A stretch of 56,790 bases of DNA, the filler included, from Streblomastix strix (lineage: Eukaryota): the NCBI GenBank assembly GCA_008636045.1. It is 2 parts of 2 records of this genome, joined end to end, with 100 filler letters (N's around TTAATTAATTAA, not from the genome) between each part and the next. Parts side by side here need not be neighbours in the genome. Positions count along the whole stretch, not along the records: positions 1 to 28,364 come from SNRW01000125.1; 1 more part is not named here. One strand, 5' to 3'. The translations under genes were made by a program, and so were the position numbers. The notes below the pieces were generated by a model. It ran no database searches. It was not told the origin of the DNA and was given only the letters and a program-made list of their open reading frames with translations. Within the stretch, counting starts at the first letter, position 1, and each line of letters opens with the position of its first letter. Positions 11,171 to 24,036 of the stretch are shown one piece after another.

Positions 11171-12481
11171 AATAATATTTTATTTTAAAAAAGTATTCAA
11201 TGAATTAAAATAATATGAGGACCACTATTACAAAGTTGCCGCAAATGCCTAAACAATGAGTCATAACTTTTTTTTTAAATAAACTTGAATATTATGTCAT
11301 TTTAATCTAATTACTTTTATTCTTAATAGCAATAATATCAATTTTTATTTATTTATTAAATTTTTATTTAAATATTAAAATTATCTTCAGAAATATAGAT
11401 TTTTTTCAATAGTATTTATTTAATTTGCAAGAAAGTCTTTATCGAATCGCAAGGCAGAATTACCAAATATTATCGTGAATATTTAGAGGCTTGAATATAT
11501 TTCTGCATCAAACAATGGAAAAAACTTTACTTTTAGTTTGAAAACTCGAATGAGCTCTGAATTATGATAAAAACTTTTTCCTACTCATTTATATATTAAA
11601 TTATTATATATATTTAATTAACTTTAAGTCAAATATACAGATAATTGAATATTGAACCAATCGCAATTGCTTGATTGTCTTGAAATTATGCAAATCCAAT
11701 TGATTAAAAAAGAGAATATTGCAAAGGAGAATCAAGTTTGAAAAGCCTTCATTTAGATTTTAATTATCTTTAACTTAATATTTAAATTTAAATCATTTAT
11801 TTCTTAGTGAAAATTCAACTTTTGATTATGAGATTTTGATTAAATAGTTATTAAAGACATCAGCAAGGAAATCATATAATATAGAATTATTTGAATCGGG
11901 TCAAGATCAGTTAATAATATTGATAGCATATATTCAAATTTGAATTAAATAAAAAGATACATTACAATAATTAACCATTCAATATTTTATTCATTAATAT
12001 TTTAACAATATACTCTGAATAAAAATTGTATTCAAAAATATTTCAAATTCAAAGATATGAAAATAATTGATTTAGACTTTATTTAATTGAAATATGAAAT
12101 ATTTCAATGCTTGACTTGTGTTCCAAATGATCATATTCATTCTTAAGTATGATTAATTAATTTTAACATTATTATATTTATATAAATTCAATTTGAAATT
12201 ATTTTTAGGAAAATATTCATATTTTAATTAAATATTTAATGAAAATGTATTTAAATTTTGCAATTTAGTTAAACGATTTGATATTTTATTGCAATTATGA
12301 ATATTTATATACAAATAAACTATATAATTTCAAAATCTCTCTTTGAAACTAGGATAATTATGATATAATAGTATGAAAATTAAAATTGTAGATATAGTTA
12401 TAAATTATTACGTAAAAAATTACAATTTTTTTTTATTTTATTACTTAAAGCAATTCAAAAAAAAATAATTATACTCATTAA

Positions 12482-15400
12482 TATTTCATTGAAACATATA
12501 AAGATTAAAACATCCTCAGAGCCCAATTTATCATTGATTAGTGATGCAACAAATATGCATTTATCTTTAAATTACTTCTTTCAAAGTATTTTATTATGAT
12601 TCAAACTCATTATTTGCAATAATGCTACAATACGTTTCAATTTCAAGTTAAACTGTTCTTAGCCTACAATGAATTTCATCCTTGAGAATACTCTTTCACA
12701 TGATGCTTCACTTGCTCAATTATAAAAAATCTTAAAGTTAATTCAACTAAAATTTTAGATGAATTTTTATCTTAATCTTTATAGTCTTTCCAAAAGGCTT
12801 TAGATCCAGATAGCATTCTAATACCATGATCAATATCTGAAATATTTCTTTTATACCAAAAATTTGTAATTTCTATAATTACATCATCAATCCAAGCATT
12901 TTCATCCTAATTTGTTTGGCTGATTTCATTAACATTATCGAATATTTCATTTTCATAATCCTTATTCATTTATTTAATTGTTACTTTCTCTGATAATTTC
13001 ATTTTCATTTCAGCCAATTCTTTTTTTAATTTAACAGTTTTTCGAACATTTTCTGATTCACCTTATTTATTTTATCTTTGATATTTTAATTCCTAATCTA
13101 TATCAATGACTTATTTAATTTCAATTTCTTTCCATGATAACATTAATGTATCATTTTCTTTTTCTTTTTCTTATTTCAATTCCTTTTTATCTATTTAATA
13201 TATTTATTTTAATAACAACTTTAGTTTATCACAACATATTTATTTTTAATTCATTTGCTGAATTGTTTGTTTTATTTCTGAGACAGCCTTAAAGAAAATA
13301 CTCGATTCTTCATTATAAATTTAAGATATGAAAGGAATAAAAGATGATGATGATGAATTGTTTGATGATGAACTCGAAAATAAGCTTAATGATGAACTCG
13401 ATGATTAACTTGATGATGTACTCTATGATAATTGCGTTGGGAAATATTTAAATTTTCTAGCTAAAATTCTCTTACTACATTCTCTTCACTAAATCTTTGA
13501 TAAATCAACATTCTTTTCATCATTATAATCATATTCATCTTCAACTTTATTGATTTATAGAATGTCTAAATTTTCTTCAATAACTTTATTACTCAAATCA
13601 GAACTAGTTTCATTTTTCGAAGTTTCTGCCAATTCTTGAAATTTGGATTAATCTGTTGAAGAATCATCATCATCTGATTCATTTATGGATAATTTTAAAT
13701 CATTTTTTCTATTTCTCTTTTTTTTTCAAGTTACTATTTTTGGATTTTTTTATTTATTTCATATTTTTTTTATTTAAAATTTTATTAAATTTTTACAATT
13801 TCATCAATATTGTCATTTATTTAATCTTTTTCATTTCAATCTTCAATATCAATTATTATTTCATTTTCTTGATAATTTTATTTTCATTTTATTTTATTTT
13901 GCGTTGTTTATCAAGATTAAAGTTTGTTTTCTTATTCTGATCTTAAGTTAATTTGATTTTTTTCCTTTGAGATTTCTCCTGTATGTAATTTTTTAATCAT
14001 TTCTTTCTAGTCATTACTTTTTTTTTCTTTTTTATTCAATTCTTAGTTATTCTTTTCTTTTTTATTCATTTTTTAATATTTTTTATGGGTAATGCTATTA
14101 CTTGTTTCTTTATATTTTTTATAACAGTTTATTTTTAAATGTCTTTTATTTTCCATTGACTAAGAATTGAATCATACCAATCCATAATTTGCGGTTTGCA
14201 TACTGGGAATTTCCAAATTTTGCCTTTAGCAATAGTATTTTACCCACATGGAGATAAACAATAAGACAATGTAGCAAGTGAACCATTATCTCATTCTAAA
14301 ATCATTGCGAATACTTCAGTGTAAATAAGATTTACGATTTTTTTGAATATAAATTCTGACTTATTAATCAAGATATATGAATTGTATACTTAGAACAATT
14401 TAATCGTGTTAGGAAATGCATCAATTAGTGAACATTAATCTTTTTCGAAAGTGCTAATAAGAGTAAAAAGAGGACTTAGAATTTTGATAAATATTGCAAT
14501 ACCTGCAGGATCTTCAAAGCATTAATTTGATCTCTTTGTAACTTCAATTATTGCGTCAATATGATTCTCCATTCATTGAAGTTAAATTGCAGTATTAAGC
14601 CACCTTGTGGCAACACTACATGTGCAAATTCCAAATTTTCATTTTCAAAAAGTAGTTTACTTTTTAGGTAAAGTTGCTAATTCTGTTATTTTATTAATCC
14701 ATTCATATAGAGCAGGATCACTCATAATTGCATTCTAGTAGTCCAATTAATTGTCGCCAACAACTTGAATGAAAAGGTAGAAGGTCAGAAAGTGTTTTCA
14801 ATATATAAACAATTGTATTTTCATTTTCTAAAACATCAATTTTCTGCGCCGCAACTTAACATGGGAGACCATCACTCACATCACTTCCTAATTTTATTTT
14901 CCTCTAATTTAATTCTTTATATATGATTTTGAAATAAACTTTAAATAATCCAATTACGTAGAAATTCCATTTTGAAATTTGAATGGAAAAACTTTTGCTT
15001 CATTATTTCTTAGTGTAAAAATAGCTGTTTTTGATTTAGCTATTAGCCCTTCATCAATTGCATTTTCAAGAATTTAACCTTCATTCTCTTTTCAAACTGT
15101 TCAAATAAGAATTCTTCATAATCATCAATTTTATTTGCCAAATCTTTTCGATCATAAATTCAAATAATCGATTCAGGTATACAATCCTTATGGTTCATTG
15201 CAACTTTGACTCCGAACACAAGTAACTTCTTCAAATCGTCAATATATCATAATGCTTTATTAGTTTCTGCGAAATAAGTGCATATACGATTTTCGAGTTC
15301 TATAACATCAGCAGCTCCTTTAAAATTTATATTTTAGAAATTAATTTTTTTTGGATAGTGAAATTATGCTCACGTCTAAGTTTGTTTGCATCCAAAGTTT

Positions 15401-15750
15401 GAAAATTGCAATGAATATCACCTCTTGTTTCAAGACAGTAGTATCTTTGATGCGAGTGCAGTTTCTTTCCTTCGCTATTGCATTCTCTATAAGTTTGAAA
15501 ACAAATAAATTCTTTTTCATTTAATTTTTTATCAAATAATTTTGAATTTAGCATGAATGATTCAGATACAAATTCGTGTTTAAAGATATCATTTTTCTTT
15601 TTCCATTAGCGTTTTATGGCAAATTATGGCATTTTCCCATTCAATTAAGTTTTTTATACAGTTTTTATTGATGATACATTTTCTATTTTCAGTGCTTAAT
15701 GTTTTTATTCTACAGGAGTTTTTCTAACAGTGTATTTCTAATATTTCTTA
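12482..15750 (-). pseudogene. hAT-family transposase, degenerate; boundaries approximate
   Basis: N-terminal C/H motif (ICFQTYRECNSEG...IHC), VSDG, CSVATRWLN, FWKDY and the hATC dimerisation motif ASEASCERVFSRMKFIVG. Multiple stops and frameshifts. Confidence 0.85.
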
Positions 15751-18434
15751 AGTTTTGTTGGAATTAAAAGAAAATATACCAAAAATAGAACCAAAAATAA
15801 TTTTTTATAATTTATAATAATAATAATAATAACTAAAAATATTTCTAAATTATTAGACTAAACGTTTTATATATTGAAAATAAAATATAAAAAATAAAAA
15901 ACATAGTAATACGTTGAATAATTAATAAAATTTGATAATTAATTTTACGAAATATATGAAATTTGAGATATTTCAAGAAATATTCAAATTTAAAAAAATG
16001 AAATATATTCTAATTGCATCAATTATCAATTTAAAGAAATTTATTCATATAAAAATTGATTTCAAATTATATTATTATTTGTAATTAAATAATAATATTG
16101 GAAATGATAAATAAATTATTAATTAAAACTCTTTTTCTCAAAAAATTATTTAAGATCAAATAAGTGATAAATGAAAAAAATATAATGAATACTGATAAAC
16201 ATATTCAATTCATATTAAGTTTAATGAAAATACATATATATTCAATAATTTACAATAAAGTAAAAACCAATAATTTAATACTTTATAAATTTAATTAATA
16301 AAAGAAAATTTTAATATCTAAATTTAAATTTTTTTATTTAATCGACTACTAAATTGCAAATTAATTAAATATAGAATTGAAATATATTTGAAATACTCTA
16401 CTAATGTAAAAATTCCTCAAATGCATTTTTTTTAATATTTCAAATTGATTCAGTTTTTGTACAATGATCAATGGATTATGATATTTCTGTCATAAATAAT
16501 TGTCTTTAATATTAGCTAAATTAGCTAATTGTTTCGTAAAAGATAATATATTTTCAATTTATTTTTTGAAAAATCAAAAAAGCATTTAGAAACGCTATAA
16601 AAAGCGCATAAAAATGCAGTAAAAAGCGCAATAAAGCAAGGGACATCAAACTCTCGTTCAAAAATAGATAATTTTTTAATTGGAAAGCGATTTATCATTT
16701 AAAATGATTTAATCTTCAAATTTAATCAATAATGATATTAAATTTAATAGTTAGAGTGGAGAAAATTGAGCAAAAAAATCTTTTTTTTGAACGGTTATAA
16801 TTCGGACTAAAAATGAATATTAACGAAGATGTATAAGAATAAAATATATAATTTGTGTACTTGATAAGTATTAGTATTTCAATTAATAGAGAAACTGCTT
16901 ATTAATTGAAAATAAAATTAGATTTTTTTGATCATTTTATGGAATAGATAAATTTAATTTTGCTCTGCGCACGTTTAGCGCTCTTAAAAACGCATTTGTC
17001 CTAGATGTGCCAAATGAGCCAATTCAAAAATCTTTTGGCTAGCTTGGCTATATTTTTTACAAATGTTTTGGCTCAATATTCAACTTATGTATAAATATAA
17101 TAGAAAGATTTAAAATGGATTTTTTTATAAATAAACAATTTTTTAAATTAAATATGATTTAATTAAATAATTTTTTATCAATATTGTAATATTATAGACT
17201 AATAATATAAGGCATAGTTAAATTTCAAATAGTAATTCCATTAAATTTTAAAGATAATTTCAATTTAGTTAGAAATTTTAAAAAAATGCTAATAAAGGAA
17301 ATTTATACATATAGATAGAAAATGTTTTTTAATTATTAAAAAAAATTTAATACATTCTAATAGACGTCATTAATACATTTGAGTCATAGCACAACTTGAT
17401 TTGATTATATATCTGCTGTCATTATGGAAATTATTAACGGCTTGAGAAAATTTTTGAAGGTACATATTATAAATGTGAAAATAAAGTATAAAATTATACT
17501 TATTTGAAATTTATGATATAACTATATTAATATTTAATTAACTATATTCATAAAACTAATAAAAATTCAAAGAATTAAATTTAAAGTGAATTATTTACTT
17601 ATTTAGGAATAAAATTTGAAATATATCGAATAATTTTTTAAATTAATTCAGAATAATAACATAATCATAAATTTTTTAGAAATTAATTTGAAATTTACAT
17701 ATAAATTTATAACAATTTTCTTTATTTTATATTTTAATAAATTGTCGTTTATCAATAATAAATAATTATTATTAATATAATATTTTATTTTATTTATTGT
17801 TTTTTTATAATTTTTTAGATCTGCAATAATCTTAATTCGGTTAGAGATATACATTTATAAGAATGTCTAAAAAAATAAAAATAGTTTGTTCTATTGATTT
17901 GTATGTTAATCAAATATTTAGAATTAAATTCACAATAATAAAAAATTTTACATTTTATTATCATAAAAATATATTAACAGAGAGCATGAAAATGAAGGGA
18001 GGAACGTAAAAACGAAATATTCACATGAACTATCTTCTAACTTCGATGATATAACCGACCAATAGCCGATTCCATTTGCAGATAATAACGATATCTTAAA
18101 AAAAATAGAAAAAAAAGGAGACAACTAACATTTCATATTCTATCGAGTCCACAAATTCTAATATCCCTTCTCTCAGTAATAGTTAAATTTAGATTACCAA
18201 AAAACATTCCATAATAAAATATTGAATATTTGAAGCTTAAAGAAATGAAATAAGCATAAATGAATTTCAAACGAATTAAAAATCAATTAGAATTAAGTTG
18301 AATGAATTATTTAAACTAAATTTGTAAAACTAAATAATTTGTAACGAATATTTAATATTTGTAAATATGTATTAAGTATTTATAAAAATTAGTTAGTCAG
18401 CAGCTAATAATTGTATGTTATATAAAAAATAGTT

Positions 18435-18552
18435 TGTTGTTGTAAAACTAGTGTGCAGCAGTCGTAAACCAGTGCGAAGCGGTTGTAAATCTATGCATTG
18501 TAGTTGTTTGCTAGTTTAAATTAGTTATAAGCTAGTTAATTGTAGTTGCTAC
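18435..18552. repeat. Degenerate ~21-bp tandem repeat (about 5 copies)
   Basis: GTTGTAAAACTAGTGTGCAGCA / GTCGTAAACCAGTGCGAAGCG / GTTGTAAATCTATGCATTGTA / GTTGTTTGCTAGTTTAAATTA / GTTATAAGCTAGTTAATTGTA. Confidence 0.5.
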
Positions 18553-19581
18553 AAATTATTTTATCTAAAAAAATTCAATATCAAAGAGCATTTGCCGAGT
18601 AAGTGCCATTTTAAAATTATTTTCAGAAATTCATGAACATGACAGCCGGAGATATATATTGGAATATATACTTACATAGGAGTATATAATGACAACAAAT
18701 ATATAGGTAATAGAAAATTTACATCATTATTTACTCGGAAATTATTTTTTTAATATTAAATATATATCGCAAAAACTGCCTAAAATCGTGTGACGGCATG
18801 GTAAGCTAGAGATTTTCTCATAATTCAAATAAAAAAATTTTATGATACAATTTTGAACGAATATTATTTCATAAAACATTAAAGCCTGTAAAGATGAAAT
18901 ATTTTTTCTATTTTTAATTCAAAACATTTGGATCATCATTTCTAATCCATAAATCACTAATAGCATGAAAAATTATAAAAGTAATAATTAAATATTTCTA
19001 ATAAGTAAAATAATGAAGAAACAACCTTTTATCAACTCTTCCTATTGAGTCTATCTTAACTCAACAATTATATTAAATAATAAAACTTGAAAATTTAATA
19101 TACATAATTACTAGAAATAATTCTATAAATTTAATTGTAATCATCAAATTTTAACTTTTTTTTTATTTTTAAGAAAAAAGTCTTGTTGCGCAATTTACAA
19201 CAAAATTGCACTAATTTAGAATTCATCATATTAATATTTTATTTTTTTAATTCAATTACAGGATAAGTGTTACCTGTTTAATCACTATTAGATGATGATC
19301 AGGTATTAATTATTTTTTTTAAAGAATTATTTTGTGTATTTCTAAATTCAAAATATATTTATAGATTAAATTTTATTTAAAATTGTATATTTAATATAAA
19401 TAGTGATAATCAGACTAAATTGATATAAATGCTAAAGACCATCCACGAGCAGCTTCAATTATTCACAAATATAAAATAAAGGATTGTCAAATTTTTTTAT
19501 GTTTTATTTTTCTTTTGGTAAATTGAATTATTTATTTTTATTATTGGTTTAAAACTAGTAAAACATGCCTAATAGAATCAA

Positions 19582-22214
19582 TCATGCCAACTCGCAGAAA
19601 AGCGTTTGCAAAGATACACGTTATCCGCCAATCCCAATGAATCTTTTTGCCTGTGAGAACTTTCTCTCAATTCCAGCATCTGAAGAAGGAAATGCAAGAA
19701 CACTATTTGTAAAATCGATGAAAACTTTCATCATTGGATTTGATTTATTTTGACCTTGCCAATATCCGATTTAGTTATCAATGAGCATCTCATCATCCAT
19801 ATCTCCATATTTTCCAGCCCAGAAAAGAACAGCTTCATTTGCAAAGTATTATGATTGCATTAATTCTTCATCATTCAACATTTAATATATCAATTGAACT
19901 TCTTGTTCTTATTCAAGATCATCAATTGTACTTGTAAGAAAGGTAGCTGTAGGTGAACCAATACCAGATTTACCTGTAATGATTTGATTGTGAATTGGTG
20001 TACTTGTAACAGATAAATTAGGAGGCAATTCCTGTTAAATATTTTGATGGATCAAGGTTTCATGAATTGAACTATTTGATTTTCTTTCAATTTATTTAGT
20101 ATCTTCAATATCTTTTTTCATTGGTAAATTTGAAAATGGCGATTCTTGTTTGAATTCATTCTATTAATTAATCGAAGAAAACATTTATTGATCATCTGTT
20201 TCATTCAATTCTAGATCGTTGATGAATTGTAGTTTCCCATTTTATTTTTATTCTGATTTATATAATTGATATGTTTATTAGCTTATTTCTTCTACATTAA
20301 ATTGGATTCGATGACTCAGTTTCACCCTTATATTTAGAGTTAATTCCCAATATTTAGCTTAATTCTGATTTTATTAATGCCTTTATTATGCGTAATCTTT
20401 CAATTCTTAATAATAAAAGCAAATATAAATCCTTTTAAGATAATCTAAGCACCTTGAGTACCAAATGATCTTTTGAACAGGAATAAAACAAGGAGCAGTG
20501 GGATCTGGTATTTGAATTTGAGATATGGCTAGTTAATATGCATTTTCAACTTTTTATTTAAGTATTCTGTGCTCAAGATACTTATCAGGTTTCTGAGGAA
20601 TTTGAATTGACTTGATATCAAAGAATAGTAGAGGTGGAATAATTACTGAAACATAATTCATTGATCCAAAAGTTAATTTAAAAGACTAAGAAGTAGAACT
20701 GATCATTCCTAGGTTTCGCAATTCCATCAATTTCTTCCCTGAGTAACTAAATGCGAAGGCACAAGCAAATAAATCTTTGCGATCATCACCAAAGAAGTAG
20801 AAAAATATATTCATGCAAAATTTTTTTGTGAATGAGAGCCATGGCTCATAGCTAAAGATTGTAATTGAAAGATGATAATAATGAATTAGTAGAAAAACAT
20901 CTAATGGGAAAATATTTGAGGCTTGAGATGTATTAGACTTAAGAACACTCGTTATTTCAAATAAAGGTTTAGTCAAATGGTAAAAATGTGGAGCAAATTT
21001 AACAGAATTATATTTTCTGCTTGATCTCAATTAAATAATTTCCTCAAAATGATCCATTACTTGCTAAGCAGCAAGAAACATTCCAATCCATCTTGTTTTA
21101 CAATTAGACGTTAAATAAAAACCAAGTTCTTTAGAATTCGATTATGAATGTAATGAACTTATATCTTCATCCATGATTGTTACCATAACATTAATGTCGT
21201 AATACATATCAATAGCATTTTTTAGAGCTCTGTCAAGCAAATGATCAGTACATCTGTTTTGAATTAGTTTTGACAGCCTTTTGGTAGAAATCTAGAGTAG
21301 TTTTGCTTAGATAATGGTGTTAATGCTGATGTAAACGATGAACCACCATCTGTTGTGGCTATATCAACCCCAATTTTGAATTGCTACAAATTTAATGCTG
21401 TTTGAGCCACAAGTCTTGAAAATCTATCTGCTGTGCAAAGTCCAGTATATATAGATAAAAGTGTTGGTTCAGGAGAAATTAATGGATGAGCAAGACATAT
21501 TCGAACAACATGAATATGAGACTTCATTTCTGCATCAAGAATAAGAGTGCGTTTCTTATTATAAAATAATCTCGGCCTTTCAATACATTTCTAATATGCT
21601 TTCTAAACCATTTTTTCTTTAAGTTTATAAATAGTTATCTTTGATTGGAATGATTCAGGACTTTCATCTGGAAATGTTTTTTTCAATCTTAATGAAGTTT
21701 TGATTACTCCAATCATTTAAAATGAAATGCACACTTCAAATGGTAATCCGTGAACTTTATGCAGATCTTCAAGTGCATCAATGATAGAATCTGAACTTAA
21801 CTGAATTTTTAAACTCTGTAAATTATCTCCAAAACAATCATGCTCGATGGAATCAATGTTATCTAACCTTATATCCTATTCACAAAAATTTCCTTCATAT
21901 TTTACACAGCAATGAATATTTCGGTGGCCTGACTTTTTGCTACTTAGCAATTCTCCTTCACTGTTACATTTTGAATATATGCAAACTTTATTAACACCTT
22001 CGCAGAAAAATTCATATCTAATTCTAAATTCATTCGCTAAAAACGGATGTGGTTTTACTTAAATGTATTCAGTATCGTATTGAGGTTCTGATTCATAACC
22101 ATTTAGAACGGAAAATCTTTCCAACGTCTAAAATTATAAGAAATATATAGAAAATTTTATAAAAAATTAAAAAATTTATACAATTTTTTTCGTTTCGTTT
22201 ATCTTTTCATCCAT
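19582..22214 (-). pseudogene. hAT-family transposase with a 54-nt intron (22128-22181), frameshifted
   Basis: MDEKINETKKI|TLERF..., CIYSKCNSEG...IHC, LILDAE, TTDGG, RCTDHLLD (CxxH), CKTRWIG and FPSSDAGIERKFSQAKRF. Frameshifts near 21280 and 21130. Confidence 0.85.
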
Positions 22215-24036
22215 CTAATTTTCTAATGTAATAATTAGTAAATTAAATAAAAATAGTTAGATATATGTAATAATAAATTTAAAATTTAAATTTAAAACAA
22301 AACGAGAAAAATAAAAATTTTTTTTTTATTTTTAATTAATAATAAATTGGATTATTTTAAAAAATATTAGAAATATTAAAATAAAGTTGAAAACGCAAGA
22401 TTATTAATGTTATTAATTTTTAATTTTAAATAAATATTAGCGAAACTTCAATAAAATAATTTATAATTTCAAAATAAAAATAATTATTATGACTCATTAG
22501 TAAAATATGACTATATTTATAATGAATTTTATTTAATAATATTAATTAATAACTACTAAATTATAATAAATTTCGATTTGAATTAATTTATTACATCAAA
22601 AACTAACCTTTACAGTTTTATTTTGAGAAAAATACATTTTCCAAGTAAATTAGAAAATAAACCTTTTTCAAATTTAAAGATTTTGTATTAATTTTTGCTA
22701 AAATCATTTTTATTGTTGGATAGATACAAATGATATACACAAACTTAAAAATACTTTATTAAAGTCGCATTACACTAGTAATTATATTACTGTATATCCA
22801 TTTATATATATACAAATTATTTAATCAATATTTCTTACATAACCGGTAGAAAGAATCTAAATTTATCATTTAATCAAAGTTTTCCTAATTTATCGCTGTT
22901 CTTTGCATACATTAATTAGTTTGATATCTGAAATATTTTAAATTTATATAATTATTATTATCAATTTGTTTATAATATTATTTTTATCCAAAATTTAACA
23001 GCTAAACTCTAGAAAGGAAAACTTAGTCAAAATCAAAAAAAAAGCAATTTTGCGCTATTTGTCATAGTTTGAAACATTCAATAATAATTTTATATATACA
23101 TTCATTTAATTTTTAAACAGAGAATGTGACGAACTTATGAGAATGCACTATTTTTTTTAGAGGAGCCTTTGACATCACTAATTGTAAGAATCATAAATAT
23201 ATCTGATATTTAAGATTAAATTTAAATTTTAACAATGTATTTTAAATCTATTTATTCATAAATTCGTATTTGAACTATTTAACATTATAATCATAAATAA
23301 CTTCTTGCAAAAATGTGTAGGAATTAAAGAGAAAAAAGAAATTTAAATTTCGAACTCAGGTGATATTATGATAAAGTGCAGCAATACATGCAAATGATGA
23401 TGTTTACTCTTTTCATCAATAATAAAAAGTTTAATTCTAAGCCCCTTACATATGTAGCATGAACCAACAACATTTGAAAACGAGCGTGTTACTCACTTCA
23501 CGTATTCACTTCACTTAAAGTGAAATTTGTATAATATAAATGACTCAATGATTTATATAAATACAAAAGTTATTTAAATTTTATGATTGGTTAGATAGAA
23601 ATAACACGCGCAAGTGACCGCATAACCGCTTAGGCGGTCATAAGGCGGTGCCTGAGTTTGGTAGGCGTTTTTTGCGACGTATATGATAAATAACAACCAA
23701 TAACTATAATATATTTAATAAATGTCACATTTATGTAAAATTGATTAAATATTGAAAGTATGAACTTTAGAAAACATTTGAAATATCAATTTATTAATAA
23801 AAATTAAAATATATTTTTTTTATAAATAAATAATCTGTGAAAAATAATTGTTGAATTAAAAATATAATTGTTTAAATATATAATGTAAAGTGAATCTAAT
23901 ATATTATAATTATGTATTAAATAAATCATTATTTCATCAAAAAGTTATTTATTAAAATGAAAAATTTATTAAATTTAAATTTATTCTATATTTAAAAAAA
24001 AATAAATAGTTTGAATTAGAATATATTTTATAAATC

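Larger units (their letters stand above)
3930..11200. mobile_element. Endogenous Maverick/Polinton-like virus fragment (structural gene module); boundaries approximate
   Basis: Eight tightly packed intronless ORFs in two divergent blocks, including MCP-like and penton-like genes, with a shared upstream motif. No TIR, polymerase, ATPase or integrase recognised. Confidence 0.8.

Noticed and set aside
11255..22500. 12-bp inverted match AATGAGTCATAA / TTATGACTCATT as TIRs of a composite hAT element
   Set aside because: Too short and AT-rich, with no extension or 8-bp TSD seen.
23390..23530. Possible C/D snoRNA (ATGATGA)
   Set aside because: No suitably placed CTGA box D or terminal stem was found.
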